Shown: positions 1 through 10,117 of the stretch, piece after piece
Position numbering within the stretch: the stretch's first letter is position 1
Layout: each line of letters begins with the position of its first letter
DNA from: Bacteroidota bacterium
Lineage (GTDB): Bacteria; Bacteroidota; Bacteroidia; UKL13-3
Direction of reading: 5' to 3'
DNA: 64,000 nt
NCBI GenBank assembly: GCA_947477885.1
Contig: CANJUD010000004.1
Span: 36,997 to 100,996, forward strand
Notes under the pieces: generated by a model
Seen by the model: only the letters and a program-made list of their open reading frames with translations
Database searches by the model: none
Told to the model about the DNA's origin: nothing
Translations under genes and position numbers: made by a program

Positions 1-103
1 GTAGCCGCAAATGAAATACAAAACTATATAATGATCTTTGAGCCGCCGCCGTCCAGATAGCGATGCACTAATTACTAACTACTAACCACTGACTACTAGA
101 AAA

Positions 104-1090
104 ATGACTAGAATTATATATATATTACTACTCTCATCAACACTCACCTCATGCAGAAACGATATTAGTATCAATGCGGCTTGGAAAGAGACAGCGGTTG
201 TATATGCTTTATTAGATGCAAATGAATCGACACATTATATTAGGGTCGAGAAAACCTTTCTAAATTCAGGCTCGGATGCTTTGCGGGTTGCGGGTGTGAG
301 TGATTCTATATATTTTGATACTTTGCAAGTTTCAATTAGGCTAATGAATGGCAGCAACGCAGTACAAAATATTGATTTTTCTGCAGATTATAATGCACCC
401 AAACAACCAGGAGTATTTGGCACAAGCAATGCCGTATTATATTCGTCGCAGGCAAAACTAAAGCAAAATGGTACTTATAGTTTGTATATAAAAAATCCGC
501 GAACAGGTAAAGAATATACCAGCACGATAAATATGGTACATAATTCATATGTATTAACTAAAACAACCTTGTTCTCAATTTCTCCAGGTCAAACTATTGT
601 ATATTACTTTTACACGGGAATTAATGCATTTGAATATGAAACAGCGCTCACGTTGCATTACTCAGAATATGATTCAGTAACCAATAAATTATTAGGTAAA
701 CATTCTTTTAATTGGATAGCTAGGAATAATATTATAGTAAACGATCCCAAAACGAGTAAAGAAGTAAGATTTGAATTGGATGGAGGTAGTTTTTATAATC
801 AGATTGCTGCCAATATTTCAAAAACTCCTGGTGTGTGGCGAACGATGGATACATGCGATGTTACATTTCACGGAGCAGGTGAAGAATTGTCGAATTATTT
901 AGCTTTAAATAAACCAAGTTTGTCCATCGTGCAAAAGAAAACAGATTATTCCAATATTACCAATGGTTTAGGAATATTTAGCAGTCGCAATACCAATCTT
1001 GAACAACAAAATTTACCTATTTCAGATAGTACAAAGTATTATATATATTCAAATCCAATAACTGCTGGTTTGGGGTTTAGGAAACCGTAA
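104..1090 (+). CDS. Lipoprotein of unknown function (possibly DUF4249-like)
   Basis: Long ORF. N-terminus MTRIIYILLLSSTLTSC has a signal peptide and lipobox. No catalytic motifs recognised. Confidence 0.5.
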   Translation: MTRIIYILLLSSTLTSCRNDISINAAWKETAVVYALLDANESTHYIRVEKTFLNSGSDALRVAGVSDSIYFDTLQVSIRLMNGSNAVQNIDFSADYNAPKQPGVFGTSNAVLYSSQAKLKQNGTYSLYIKNPRTGKEYTSTINMVHNSYVLTKTTLFSISPGQTIVYYFYTGINAFEYETALTLHYSEYDSVTNKLLGKHSFNWIARNNIIVNDPKTSKEVRFELDGGSFYNQIAANISKTPGVWRTMDTCDVTFHGAGEELSNYLALNKPSLSIVQKKTDYSNITNGLGIFSSRNTNLEQQNLPISDSTKYYIYSNPITAGLGFRKP

Positions 1091-1317
1091 ACCATTTAAA
1101 ATCTTAGAATTATTATTTTATATTTGTTTGCACAATCAACCTTATTTATTGCTAATTTTTATGATTTAATTTTAATTATTATTAAATCCCTATTAGCATC
1201 ATTTTGTCTGATAAGTTTATTTTTTGCTGCCTAATCTAATCCTCGATTGAAAAGTAATTCTAGCATGGTAATTATTGTCTTTTTTGTATTGGGTTATAAA
1301 TTGTTATACAAAATACA

Positions 1318-1992
1318 CTAAGGAGCCAAAGTTACAACCTCCCACTTATCTCCTCCATCTTTTTTATACGCAACCCTATCATGAAAGCGATTCGGCCTTC
1401 CTTGCCAAAACTCAAAATAGTTTATATTTACGATATAGCCTCCCCATTCTTTTGGTTTCATCACATCGTGGCGGCCACCAATCATTAGTTGTTTGGCTTT
1501 TTCTTGTAGGTCTTTTTTGCTTTCTATCTCTTGGCTTTGGGGCGAGACTGCCGCACTCACTTGGCTTTCAAAAGGTCTAGAGTTAAAGTATTGTATAGAT
1601 TCTTCTTCTGATACTTTTTTTACGGTGCCTTCCATGCGAACTTGTCTTTGCAAATCGAGCCAATTAAATACCAGAGATATATTGGGATTTTCGCTAAGTT
1701 CTTTTCCTTTTCTACTATCATAGTTTGTATAAAACACAAGTCCATCATCATCGAAACCTTTCATTAATACAACACGGGCCGAGGGTTTGCCATCGGCTGT
1801 GCAGGTAGCCAGCACAAAGGCATTTGGCTCATTCACTTCCGATTTTACTGCTTGCTCAAACCATAATTCAAATTGATGAAATGGACTGGGATTAACTTCA
1901 TCTCTGTTTAAAGTCCCCATGGCATAATTAGCCCGCATTTGTTGTAATATATCTTTTTCCATTTGGGTGCAAAAATAAAGCCGCATATCCAA
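1318..1992 (-). CDS. pdxH: Pyridoxamine 5'-phosphate oxidase
   Basis: 224 aa. Conserved PNPOx blocks (ATCTADGKPSARVVLMKGFDD, NSRPFESQ, C-terminal WGGY...FEFWQGRPNRFHDR). Confidence 0.9.
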   Translation of the reverse strand: MDMRLYFCTQMEKDILQQMRANYAMGTLNRDEVNPSPFHQFELWFEQAVKSEVNEPNAFVLATCTADGKPSARVVLMKGFDDDGLVFYTNYDSRKGKELSENPNISLVFNWLDLQRQVRMEGTVKKVSEEESIQYFNSRPFESQVSAAVSPQSQEIESKKDLQEKAKQLMIGGRHDVMKPKEWGGYIVNINYFEFWQGRPNRFHDRVAYKKDGGDKWEVVTLAP

Positions 1993-2028
1993 GGATACAC
2001 GGCTTATTATTATAATATTGATGGCATA

Positions 2029-4461
2029 TTATTCTTCTTTATTTGCTGGACTCTCCGCAGTTGGCTCTTCCACTTTGGCTTCAGCAGTAGGAGTGGGGGC
2101 AGCAGTTTTTACTTCTTCAGTCTTTCCCGTTTTTACATTACGAAGTGTACGAAGCTGATCCATAAGTCCGCTTATTTTCTTTTGGGCATCTTTAATTTTT
2201 TCTTCTATCTGTTTGGTAAATGCACCTGAGTTTTTACTATTTGCAAAGAAACCCATATTGTTTTGCCAAGTATCAATATCATGTTTCATTAACTTGATTC
2301 TTTCACTCAAACGCTTCTCCTCACTATACAACATATCCTTGCCGTCTGTTTGCTTGGCAATAACCTCATAATGGTTGCGGTGACGTGTTACATTGTTGCT
2401 TTGGAAATCTTTGCGTATGCGCTGGTATATGGCATCCAATACCGCTTTGAAACGTTTTTGCACATCATCTTTTAGTTTGATAGGAACAAAACCATAATTG
2501 CCCCACTCGTCTTGAAGTGTTTTAGCACGTTCAATCAAATTTTCATTGCTTTCTTCTTTGGCAAGTTCTTCAAGCTGCGTTATAATTTGATTCTTCGCTT
2601 CTAAATTCTTAGTTTCATCCTGAATTTTCGATGCGAAAAATTCTTTCTTCCTTTCAAAAAATACATCACAAGCAGTACGGAAACGAACCCATACTTTCTC
2701 GCTATGTTTCTCGTGCACAGGACCCGTTTTCTTCCACTCATCTTGAAAAGCTAATAGACTTTTTGTAGCATTGCCCCAGTCTTCGCTGTTTTGCAATTCT
2801 AATGCTTTGGCACATAACTCATTTTTAATTCTGAGGTTTTCTGTACGGGCTTTTTCTATATTTTTAAAGAAGGTATTTTTGTTATCATAAAACTTATTGA
2901 TGGCTGCTTTAAAACGGTCCCAAATCTCATCACTCAGTTTATTAGATACAGGGCCAACAGCTTTCCACTCTTCAAATAATTTATTGGCATCATCTATTTT
3001 AGCTACCCATTCTTTCACAGTATTTGCTTCAAACAAACCAAGCTCGTCGGCTTTTTCGCAAAGAGCTATTTTCGCATCTAGGTTTATCTGACGCTCGCCT
3101 TCAAATTCTTTATATTTATTGGTGATGATTTCATATACTTTATCAGCCGCTTCTTTAAATCGCTCCCACATCATGTCTTTGGCTTCCATTGGCACAGGAC
3201 CGGTATTTTTCCAATCCTCCCAATACTTCTTTTGCATGATAATTGTTTTACGCAAAGAAGGTTCTTCAAGCAAAGCATCCATCTTCAAGCAAAGTTCTAT
3301 TTTTACTTCAAGGTTTTTTCTGCGGTCAAGTTCTTTTAATTCATTATTTATACCTAAATTATCATAAAACTTATCGAGGAAATAAGTATATTTATTCCAA
3401 AGCTCTTCTCTAGCTTCGTTAGGAATAGCTCTAATAGCTTTCCATTGATTTTGTAAATCTTTTATTTGTTGTAAGCTGCCACTAGAGTCTTCTTGCTCAG
3501 CAATCTCTTTTATTTGATTTAAGATAGCACGCTTCGCTTCCAGGTTCTTAAGCTTCTCTTGCTCAAGTTGCTTGCGATAAGCTTCTCTGCGGTTCGCAAA
3601 TTCTTTGTAGGCACTATTATAATCTTCTTTGGTAGTATCGCTATACTCAAAATCTTCACGAACACCACCATTCTCAATAAACACTTGCAGTGCAGCTTGA
3701 AAATCTGCATTCCAAAGTACTTCAATAATAGGACGTAGTTTTCTGAAAGTTTGTGAAGCCTCATTCAGTTCTGGCATTTTAGCTGCCTCCCAAGCCATAG
3801 CTACTAGTTCTTCTTTGCTATGCTTTTTTAAACTTGCCACCTCAGCTTCCGAAACATATTCAGTAACTTGGTCATCACTATGCTCTTCCTCGTGTGTTTC
3901 AAATAAGGGTATATCAGTAGTTGCAGTTTCTGCTTTTGCCTCGGTTGGCTCAGCTACAGGAATTTCCTCAGCTACTACCTCAGCAATTTTTTCAACCTCC
4001 GTCTCAGCCACAGGTGCTTCTATAATAGTGGTTTCTTCAACCACTGCTTCAGCTACAGGAGTTTCTACAACAGGATTCTCCTCAACTATTACTTCAGCTG
4101 CAGGATTCTCAATTTCGGGAATCTTCTCTACCTCCGTTTCAGCAATGAGTGCTTCTGTTATTTCTTCAGCAACTACCTCTTCCAAAGGAATATATTCTAT
4201 CGTATCTTCAGCTACTGTTTCATATGCAGGTGCCTCTTCAACAATTTCGTTTGTAGTAGATAATTCAGGATTTCCCAACTCAGCTTCTGCAACTTCTTCC
4301 GTTAAGGCTTGCGTGTCAACGGATTCGCTGTTTTCAATAGTTTCTGGTGTTTCGCTGTTGGTTTCTTTAGGTAGATTTTCTTGCTCGTTCATTACGTTTT
4401 TGGTTCTTGGTTCAACTGATAAGGTACCTTTTTCAGTAGGAAGGGTTGCATCTTCTTGCAT
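2029..4461 (-). CDS. DUF349 domain-containing protein with acidic E/A/V/T-rich repetitive N-terminus
   Basis: Multiple DUF349 repeats (W..K.IGPV / EWKKTGPV / WGNYGFVP). The first ~250 aa are low-complexity acidic tandem repeats. Confidence 0.8.
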   Translation of the reverse strand: MQEDATLPTEKGTLSVEPRTKNVMNEQENLPKETNSETPETIENSESVDTQALTEEVAEAELGNPELSTTNEIVEEAPAYETVAEDTIEYIPLEEVVAEEITEALIAETEVEKIPEIENPAAEVIVEENPVVETPVAEAVVEETTIIEAPVAETEVEKIAEVVAEEIPVAEPTEAKAETATTDIPLFETHEEEHSDDQVTEYVSEAEVASLKKHSKEELVAMAWEAAKMPELNEASQTFRKLRPIIEVLWNADFQAALQVFIENGGVREDFEYSDTTKEDYNSAYKEFANRREAYRKQLEQEKLKNLEAKRAILNQIKEIAEQEDSSGSLQQIKDLQNQWKAIRAIPNEAREELWNKYTYFLDKFYDNLGINNELKELDRRKNLEVKIELCLKMDALLEEPSLRKTIIMQKKYWEDWKNTGPVPMEAKDMMWERFKEAADKVYEIITNKYKEFEGERQINLDAKIALCEKADELGLFEANTVKEWVAKIDDANKLFEEWKAVGPVSNKLSDEIWDRFKAAINKFYDNKNTFFKNIEKARTENLRIKNELCAKALELQNSEDWGNATKSLLAFQDEWKKTGPVHEKHSEKVWVRFRTACDVFFERKKEFFASKIQDETKNLEAKNQIITQLEELAKEESNENLIERAKTLQDEWGNYGFVPIKLKDDVQKRFKAVLDAIYQRIRKDFQSNNVTRHRNHYEVIAKQTDGKDMLYSEEKRLSERIKLMKHDIDTWQNNMGFFANSKNSGAFTKQIEEKIKDAQKKISGLMDQLRTLRNVKTGKTEEVKTAAPTPTAEAKVEEPTAESPANKEE

Positions 4462-4580
4462 TTTTTTGAATCTTTGTTTTTAAGGTTTTGATAATCTTTC
4501 GATTAGAAATTAGATAACATGCTTTATTTTTTATGGAGGGCCTCAATTGAATTGGGTTTAACTTTGCACTCAATAAAAAA

Positions 4581-5435
4581 ATGGATGCGAAAATAGTTGA
4601 ATGTCCGCGAGATGCCATGCAAGGGCTGAAAGAATTTATTCCAACTGATGTAAAAATCAGGTATTTAAATTCTTTGCTCACTTGTGGCTTCGATACTTTA
4701 GACTTTGGAAGTTTTGTGTCTCCGAAGGCAATTCCTCAATTGGCAGATACTGCCGAAGTGCTTAGCGGACTGCAGATGACCGATACAAAATTGCTGGCTA
4801 TTATAGCAAATTTGCGTGGTGCAGAAACGGCAGTATTGTATGATGAAATAACTTATTTAGGTTTTCCTTTTTCCATCTCCGAAACTTTTCAGCAACGCAA
4901 TACCAATGCCTCGCAGGCCGATGCTTTCGAAATGGTGAAATCAATTCAAGAACTTTGTATTAAACATGATAAGATATTGGTTGTATATCTTTCTATGGGT
5001 TTTGGAAATCCTTATGGCGATGTATGGAATGTAGATATAGTAGCTGATTGGGCCAACAAAATGCAAGCCCTCGGCATTAAAATTATATCATTGGCAGATA
5101 CCGTGGGAGCAGCCCAGCACGTAAATATATCATACTTGTTTAAGAACTTAATTCCATTATATCCTGAGGTAGAATTTGGAGCACATTTTCATACCACACT
5201 CACCAACTGGCAAGATAAAGTAGATGCGGCCTGGCAAAGTGGTTGCCGCAGATTTGATGGTGCTCTTAAAGGTTACGGTGGTTGCCCTATGGCCAAGGAT
5301 GAATTGACTGGAAATCTGGCCACAGAGAACTTATTATATTATATACAAAATACGAAAATAGAAACGAATATTAATATTAATAAATTTAATGAAAGTATGA
5401 TAATGGCAGATCAGATTTTTAATCGATATCATTAA
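4581..5435 (+). CDS. Hydroxymethylglutaryl-CoA lyase-like (HMGL family)
   Basis: 284 aa. N-terminus VKIVECPRDAMQG, TIM-barrel HMGL-like blocks (GADTVGAA, FGAHFHTT, GGCPMA). Confidence 0.8.
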   Translation: MDAKIVECPRDAMQGLKEFIPTDVKIRYLNSLLTCGFDTLDFGSFVSPKAIPQLADTAEVLSGLQMTDTKLLAIIANLRGAETAVLYDEITYLGFPFSISETFQQRNTNASQADAFEMVKSIQELCIKHDKILVVYLSMGFGNPYGDVWNVDIVADWANKMQALGIKIISLADTVGAAQHVNISYLFKNLIPLYPEVEFGAHFHTTLTNWQDKVDAAWQSGCRRFDGALKGYGGCPMAKDELTGNLATENLLYYIQNTKIETNININKFNESMIMADQIFNRYH

Positions 5436-5453
5436 TTATATATAATAGTTTTA

Positions 5454-6317
5454 ATGAAACAAATCGGTTACTTCCTTTTTAGAGCAACAGCACGTGTGGT
5501 GGGCTTAATGCCTTTGTGGGTATGGAGGATCTTGATGTTTGTATTATATATTTTTATCTATTATCTATTTGGATACAGAAGAAAAGTAACACGAGATAAT
5601 CTAGAAAAATCTTTTCCCGATTTTAGCAAAGAAAAAATTAATGCCATCGAGAAAAAATATTATAAACATTTGGCACGATTGGTAATAGAAGTATTTGCCA
5701 GCAAACACTTAAGCAGAAAGTTTTTCGAAAAACAAATTCCTGTTCACCATGCAAATTTAATCACCGACTATACCAGCCAAGGCCGCAAAGTAATTATGAT
5801 GAGCGGACATTTTGGTAATTGGGAATGGGCGGGAATAAGATTGGGATTATTAGATGATTCACCCCTGCATATTATATATAAACCTGTTACGGATCCCTTC
5901 TTCGAAAAGTATATGAAACAACTGCGTATGAACTTGGGAAACGAAACGCTGAGTTTATATATGATGCCACGTCACCTGCTCACACTCAAAGGCTCCTGCA
6001 TTACCTGCATTCTCGCCGACCAAACACCTGCCAGCACTGAGAATCTTTGGTTAAGTTTTCTTGGAAGAGATACTTTATTTTTTAGTGCTATTGAAAAACT
6101 GGCACGCCGAATAGACGCGGTAATAGTTTTTGGAAATATGTTGCCTGGAGAAGATGGACGCTATAATATATCAGTTGAATTAATTGCTGATAATATGTCC
6201 CAAATTCCCGAAGGACAATTAATGCCGATGTATGTGAAATTACTAGAAAGAAATATATACGAGAACCCCTATAACTGGCTGTGGAGCCATAGAAGATGGA
6301 AACACCAGAAACATTGA
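5454..6317 (+). CDS. Lipid A biosynthesis / lysophospholipid acyltransferase (LpxL/HtrB family)
   Basis: N-terminal TM helix. HX4D-like GHFGNWEW motif typical of LpxL/LpxM-family acyltransferases. Confidence 0.7.
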   Translation: MKQIGYFLFRATARVVGLMPLWVWRILMFVLYIFIYYLFGYRRKVTRDNLEKSFPDFSKEKINAIEKKYYKHLARLVIEVFASKHLSRKFFEKQIPVHHANLITDYTSQGRKVIMMSGHFGNWEWAGIRLGLLDDSPLHIIYKPVTDPFFEKYMKQLRMNLGNETLSLYMMPRHLLTLKGSCITCILADQTPASTENLWLSFLGRDTLFFSAIEKLARRIDAVIVFGNMLPGEDGRYNISVELIADNMSQIPEGQLMPMYVKLLERNIYENPYNWLWSHRRWKHQKH

Positions 6318-6869
6318 ATGATTGAATGAAGTATGATTTAATAATTTGTTGAATATAGTAATTAAATTTATATGATATGAAAAAAGTTAAACTAGTGATT
6401 TTGTTTTTCAGTTTGTTATATATTGGCAGGGCAAATGCATAGGAAAATATCAAAATACTTCCATTTCAAGATTTACTAACTTTGCTTATGTTGAAATTTT
6501 GAAAGTGAATATTTTTACAGTGAAAATTTGTAATTATCTATTAGATTCAACCCAAGACGGATTCAATGTGTACTGGAATCTGGGAGTTTTGTACTTAAAT
6601 TCTAATTATGGCTTTAGAGAAAATATTACAAACACTAAATATATAATAATAAAAGACAATTTTTTGCCAAATGTTGGATATGAAGGGCTATTGGTATTAG
6701 GATAAAATCGCCTTATTCTTTTGGGATTTTTATTGAAGCCGGCTTTAATAAATTAGGCGATAAAATGAGAACAGTAATTGAAGGCGGTTTATCCTTTTAT
6801 CTATACTGATAGCAATTAAAAAATAGCTAAAAATAAATATATATATTAAGCTTGGAAAGAAAATCTATA

Positions 6870-7403
6870 TTAGTTCTCTACTATAGGAGTTGTATCCTCA
6901 ACCGAAGTTGTTACATTCGCATCCGTACTTTCTTCTTCCACAACTTCCTCCTCCTCAACAGGTGCTTCTTCCACCAAAGGATTTTCCATTGTTGACGGAA
7001 TTTCATCAAGCGAAGGAACTTCGGGCACTTCAGGATTTTCTGCAGCCGCAGCAGCATTTGCCTGCATAACTGTATTGGCAGAAATAGACATAACAAATTT
7101 ATTACTCAATACAAATTTAAAATTGCCAACTTTTAGCAAATCTTTGGCTGTATCGTTTTCATTTAAAGCACGTGCAAAGTCAAGTGCGATTGCAGAAGTT
7201 TTTTTGCTTTTTTGAGAACGGCCCTCGTTCATTTCCAAATCGAACGGGAACTTGCTGTTCTTTTTATCACTAGCTCTTTCAAAATCTATTTTATCCATTT
7301 CTATGGTTTGCACTTCACCACTTCTAATAGCTGACTTTACTTTCAGCGTAATTAGTGGTAAAAATTTATTCCATACAGATTGATATATATTGATATTGCT
7401 CAT
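6870..7403 (-). CDS. Hypothetical protein with acidic C-terminal tail
   Basis: ORF with good coding look. Start likely at internal MSNINIYQ. C-terminal EEAPVEEEEVVEEE low-complexity tail. Confidence 0.45.
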   Translation of the reverse strand: MSNINIYQSVWNKFLPLITLKVKSAIRSGEVQTIEMDKIDFERASDKKNSKFPFDLEMNEGRSQKSKKTSAIALDFARALNENDTAKDLLKVGNFKFVLSNKFVMSISANTVMQANAAAAAENPEVPEVPSLDEIPSTMENPLVEEAPVEEEEVVEEESTDANVTTSVEDTTPIVEN

Positions 7404-7549
7404 AAATTGTGATTTGGTTGCCTGATAATTTGAATGAAACTTGAAGTTTTCTTGGTGCAAAAGTAGTTGATTTTATGCTTATTTCCTTCAATAATAAATA
7501 AGTTGCCTATTTTCAAGTGTTTTACTTTGCGGTTTGATAGAAATAACTA

Positions 7550-8131
7550 TCATATATTGCGAATATAATCCTTACAAAAATCCTGTAATTCCGGGAAGAA
7601 TGCTTCGTAATCTTTTTTATAATATATATATTCTCGTTCCAAATCGCTTGCTGCAACAGCCATATTAGAAGCATATTTGGTGCGGCGTGACATGGCCTTC
7701 AATATAAAATCCATTCCCTCAAGGGTTCGGTAAGCAAGCAGCCAATTATCTTTTTGCATATATACCAACATATTCTGCGTGCGTTGCGGCAGTAAGCTTT
7801 CATTGGCTTTTAAAAGTTTGAAAACATTATCTGAAAAAATTTCAAGAGGGGTGGGGCAGAACAGCTCAAATTTACTGGCTAAGAAATGATCCATAAATAC
7901 ATCGGCCACAACCGGACTATATTTCCCTTGTGTGGGGCGAAGGCGTTCTTTGGTTTTCAATACCACTGGATGATTGTCAGTAAACGCATCAATGGCTCGG
8001 TGCATATGTATGCCTTTCAAAATATGTTTATCTATATGGTCTATTTGGCTCCCTTTTAGATGGTCGGCGATAAAATTACCGATGATCAAATGGTCTTCAT
8101 TTCCACTTAGATAGATATGGGCTAAAAAATT
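7550..8131 (-). CDS. acpH: Acyl carrier protein phosphodiesterase (AcpH/YajB family)
   Basis: MNFLAHIYLS start, GIHMHRAID, DVFMDHFLAS and WLLAYRTLEGMDFI blocks align with E. coli AcpH. The longer ORF begins upstream but the conserved start is MNFLAH. Confidence 0.8.
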   Translation of the reverse strand, partial: NFLAHIYLSGNEDHLIIGNFIADHLKGSQIDHIDKHILKGIHMHRAIDAFTDNHPVVLKTKERLRPTQGKYSPVVADVFMDHFLASKFELFCPTPLEIFSDNVFKLLKANESLLPQRTQNMLVYMQKDNWLLAYRTLEGMDFILKAMSRRTKYASNMAVAASDLEREYIYYKKDYEAFFPELQDFCKDYIRNI

Positions 8132-8207
8132 CATATAAATATTGTTCAATATTAAAGAACATTTATTTGGTAATTCTGTTTTAAGTTGCAAGCCGAAAAA
8201 TCAACCA

Positions 8208-8987
8208 ATGAATTTTACCGATACCGATTCTCATAAGCGGAATACGCTTTTCCTCATCCTGGGTTCATTCTTTATTACCAATGCTTTGGTGGCCGAATTT
8301 ATTGGGGCCAAAATATTTTCATTGGAAGGAACTTTAGGAATTAATCCTTTTGATATTAGTTTGCTAGGCAATGAACACATGTCTTTCAACCTTACGGCGG
8401 GCGTTCTGCTGTGGCCTGTTGTTTTTGTTATGACAGATATCATTAACGAGTATTTTGGAAGCAGGGCCGTACGATTTTATAGTTATCTGGCAATTGCAAT
8501 GATATTATATAGTTTTATTATGGTGTTTGGAGCTATGAAACTTGAACCTGCAGGCTTTTGGATAATGAAGGAAACCAAAGCAGGGCCTATTAATATGGAT
8601 GTGGCTTACAATATTGTTTACGGTCAAGGCTTATGGATTATTGCAGGCAGTATGGTGGCATTTCTTATTGGGCAGTTATTGGATGTGGCTATCTTTCATC
8701 GAATAAAGCGTGCTACTGGCGAAAAACATATATGGTTGCGAAGCACAGGCTCTACCTTAGTTTCGCAGTTGGTTGATAGCTTTGTGGTATTATATATTGC
8801 TTTCTATATCGGGAACGATTGGCCTTTAGAAAGAGTACTTGCTATTGCATTAATGAATTATATATATAAATTTGTAATTGCTTTAATTATGACTCCTGTT
8901 ATATATTTGGTGCATGGAATTATTGATAGATGGCTCGGGAAAGATTTATCACACAAAATGATGCAAGCGGCACATAGTAAACAGTAA
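8208..8987 (+). CDS. yhhQ: Queuosine precursor transporter (YhhQ/VUT family, DUF165)
   Basis: Multi-TM protein. FVMTDIINEYFG motif characteristic of the YhhQ family. Start placed at MNFTDTD to avoid overlap with acpH. Confidence 0.75.
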   Translation: MNFTDTDSHKRNTLFLILGSFFITNALVAEFIGAKIFSLEGTLGINPFDISLLGNEHMSFNLTAGVLLWPVVFVMTDIINEYFGSRAVRFYSYLAIAMILYSFIMVFGAMKLEPAGFWIMKETKAGPINMDVAYNIVYGQGLWIIAGSMVAFLIGQLLDVAIFHRIKRATGEKHIWLRSTGSTLVSQLVDSFVVLYIAFYIGNDWPLERVLAIALMNYIYKFVIALIMTPVIYLVHGIIDRWLGKDLSHKMMQAAHSKQ

Positions 8988-9065
8988 TAAGGAGTAAGGA
9001 GTAAGTTTTGCCGAATGGTCCATACTCCTTACTCCTTAATCCTTCCCCAAATAACAACAACACAC

Positions 9066-9911
9066 ATGAACAAAATATTCACACCAATTATAATAAGTTT
9101 TCTTTTGTTTTCATGCAATGATTGCAAGAATGCTGCAGAGAATAATGATTTAACAAAATCCAAAATATTGGATAAAGTTAAGACATTGGCAGTAACAAAA
9201 TATTCATATATAATAGATTCTGGAAAATATGTGAAGGGTGGTATGATATCAAAACTCAAATCACATTATGATGAAAAAGGGATGGAGGTAGATGTTAATG
9301 TATATAATAAGGATGAATATTTAACCAATAAATTCCAAACAAGCAATAATGATAAAGGGCAAAAATTAGAAAGTAAGGACTTTAAGCCAGATGGTAGTTT
9401 GGGAAGAAAAATTGCTTATAAATATGATAACAGTGGAAATATGACTGAAATTAATTTATATACCGCCAGCGATAGTTTAGTTTATAAAGGGGAAAAAAAA
9501 TATGATAATCAGTGCAACGAGATTGAGTATAATGAATACGAATCAACAGGTAAATTAACCAAAAGAGCTACTTATAAATATGATGAAAAAAGGAATGGGA
9601 TAGAGGTAAACTATTATAGTCCCGATGGTAGTATAATAAATAAATATACAAGAAAATACGATTCGAAAAATAACATGATTGAGCTATTGATGTATAATAA
9701 TTCAAATACATTATTAAGCAAATCATTATATAAATACGATGACAAAGGAAATAACGTTGAGGCTAAAAGATATCATGCAGATGGCAGTTTAAGCAATCAG
9801 TCTTTTTTCAAATATGAATATGACAAGAATAGTAATTGGATAAAAATGATAGAATACAATACAGAAAATATTCCCGTCAGGCTTGAAGAACGAATGATTG
9901 AGTATTATTAG
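9066..9911 (+). CDS. Small YD-repeat-containing lipoprotein
   Basis: Lipoprotein signal MNKIFTPIIISFLLFSC. At least six tandem ~24-aa repeats of the form YKYDxxGNxxExxxYxxDGSL (canonical YD/RHS-type repeat). Confidence 0.6.
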   Translation: MNKIFTPIIISFLLFSCNDCKNAAENNDLTKSKILDKVKTLAVTKYSYIIDSGKYVKGGMISKLKSHYDEKGMEVDVNVYNKDEYLTNKFQTSNNDKGQKLESKDFKPDGSLGRKIAYKYDNSGNMTEINLYTASDSLVYKGEKKYDNQCNEIEYNEYESTGKLTKRATYKYDEKRNGIEVNYYSPDGSIINKYTRKYDSKNNMIELLMYNNSNTLLSKSLYKYDDKGNNVEAKRYHADGSLSNQSFFKYEYDKNSNWIKMIEYNTENIPVRLEERMIEYY

Positions 9912-10117
9912 TTTGAAACAATAAAAGTTAGCTCCAAATAAAACAAGCATCTTTTCTCTTTATTTTTTGTCCTTCATCTATTTCCTGTGTTTGTTTGCAT
10001 TTGCTTAATCAAAAAAAATATGAAGAAACTATCTATTGTCATTCACCTCTTGTTTAAATAATGAAAGAATTTAAAGTGGTAAACAAGAAGAAGAAATAAA
10101 TTATAATAGCGGTCTAA

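Noticed and set aside
1275-1580. Short ORFs overlapping pdxH, the metalloprotease, tamB, asmA, clpB and other long genes on the opposite strand (examples: 1275-1580, 11948-12640, 32428-33831, 43303-46649)
   Set aside because: All are nested antisense or alternate-frame ORFs inside well-supported long genes, with no motifs. Treated as frame shadows.
3815-4483. 222-aa Ser/Thr/Ala-rich ORF on the plus strand
   Set aside because: Antisense shadow of the low-complexity acidic repeat region of the DUF349 gene. Its composition mirrors the GAA/GCA-rich coding strand. Not an independent gene.
6499-6705. 68-aa ORF in the AT-rich 550-bp gap between the acyltransferase gene and the 6870 gene
   Set aside because: Extremely AT-rich, Asn/Tyr/Ile-heavy, no start context or motifs. 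Likely non-coding promoter and terminator space.
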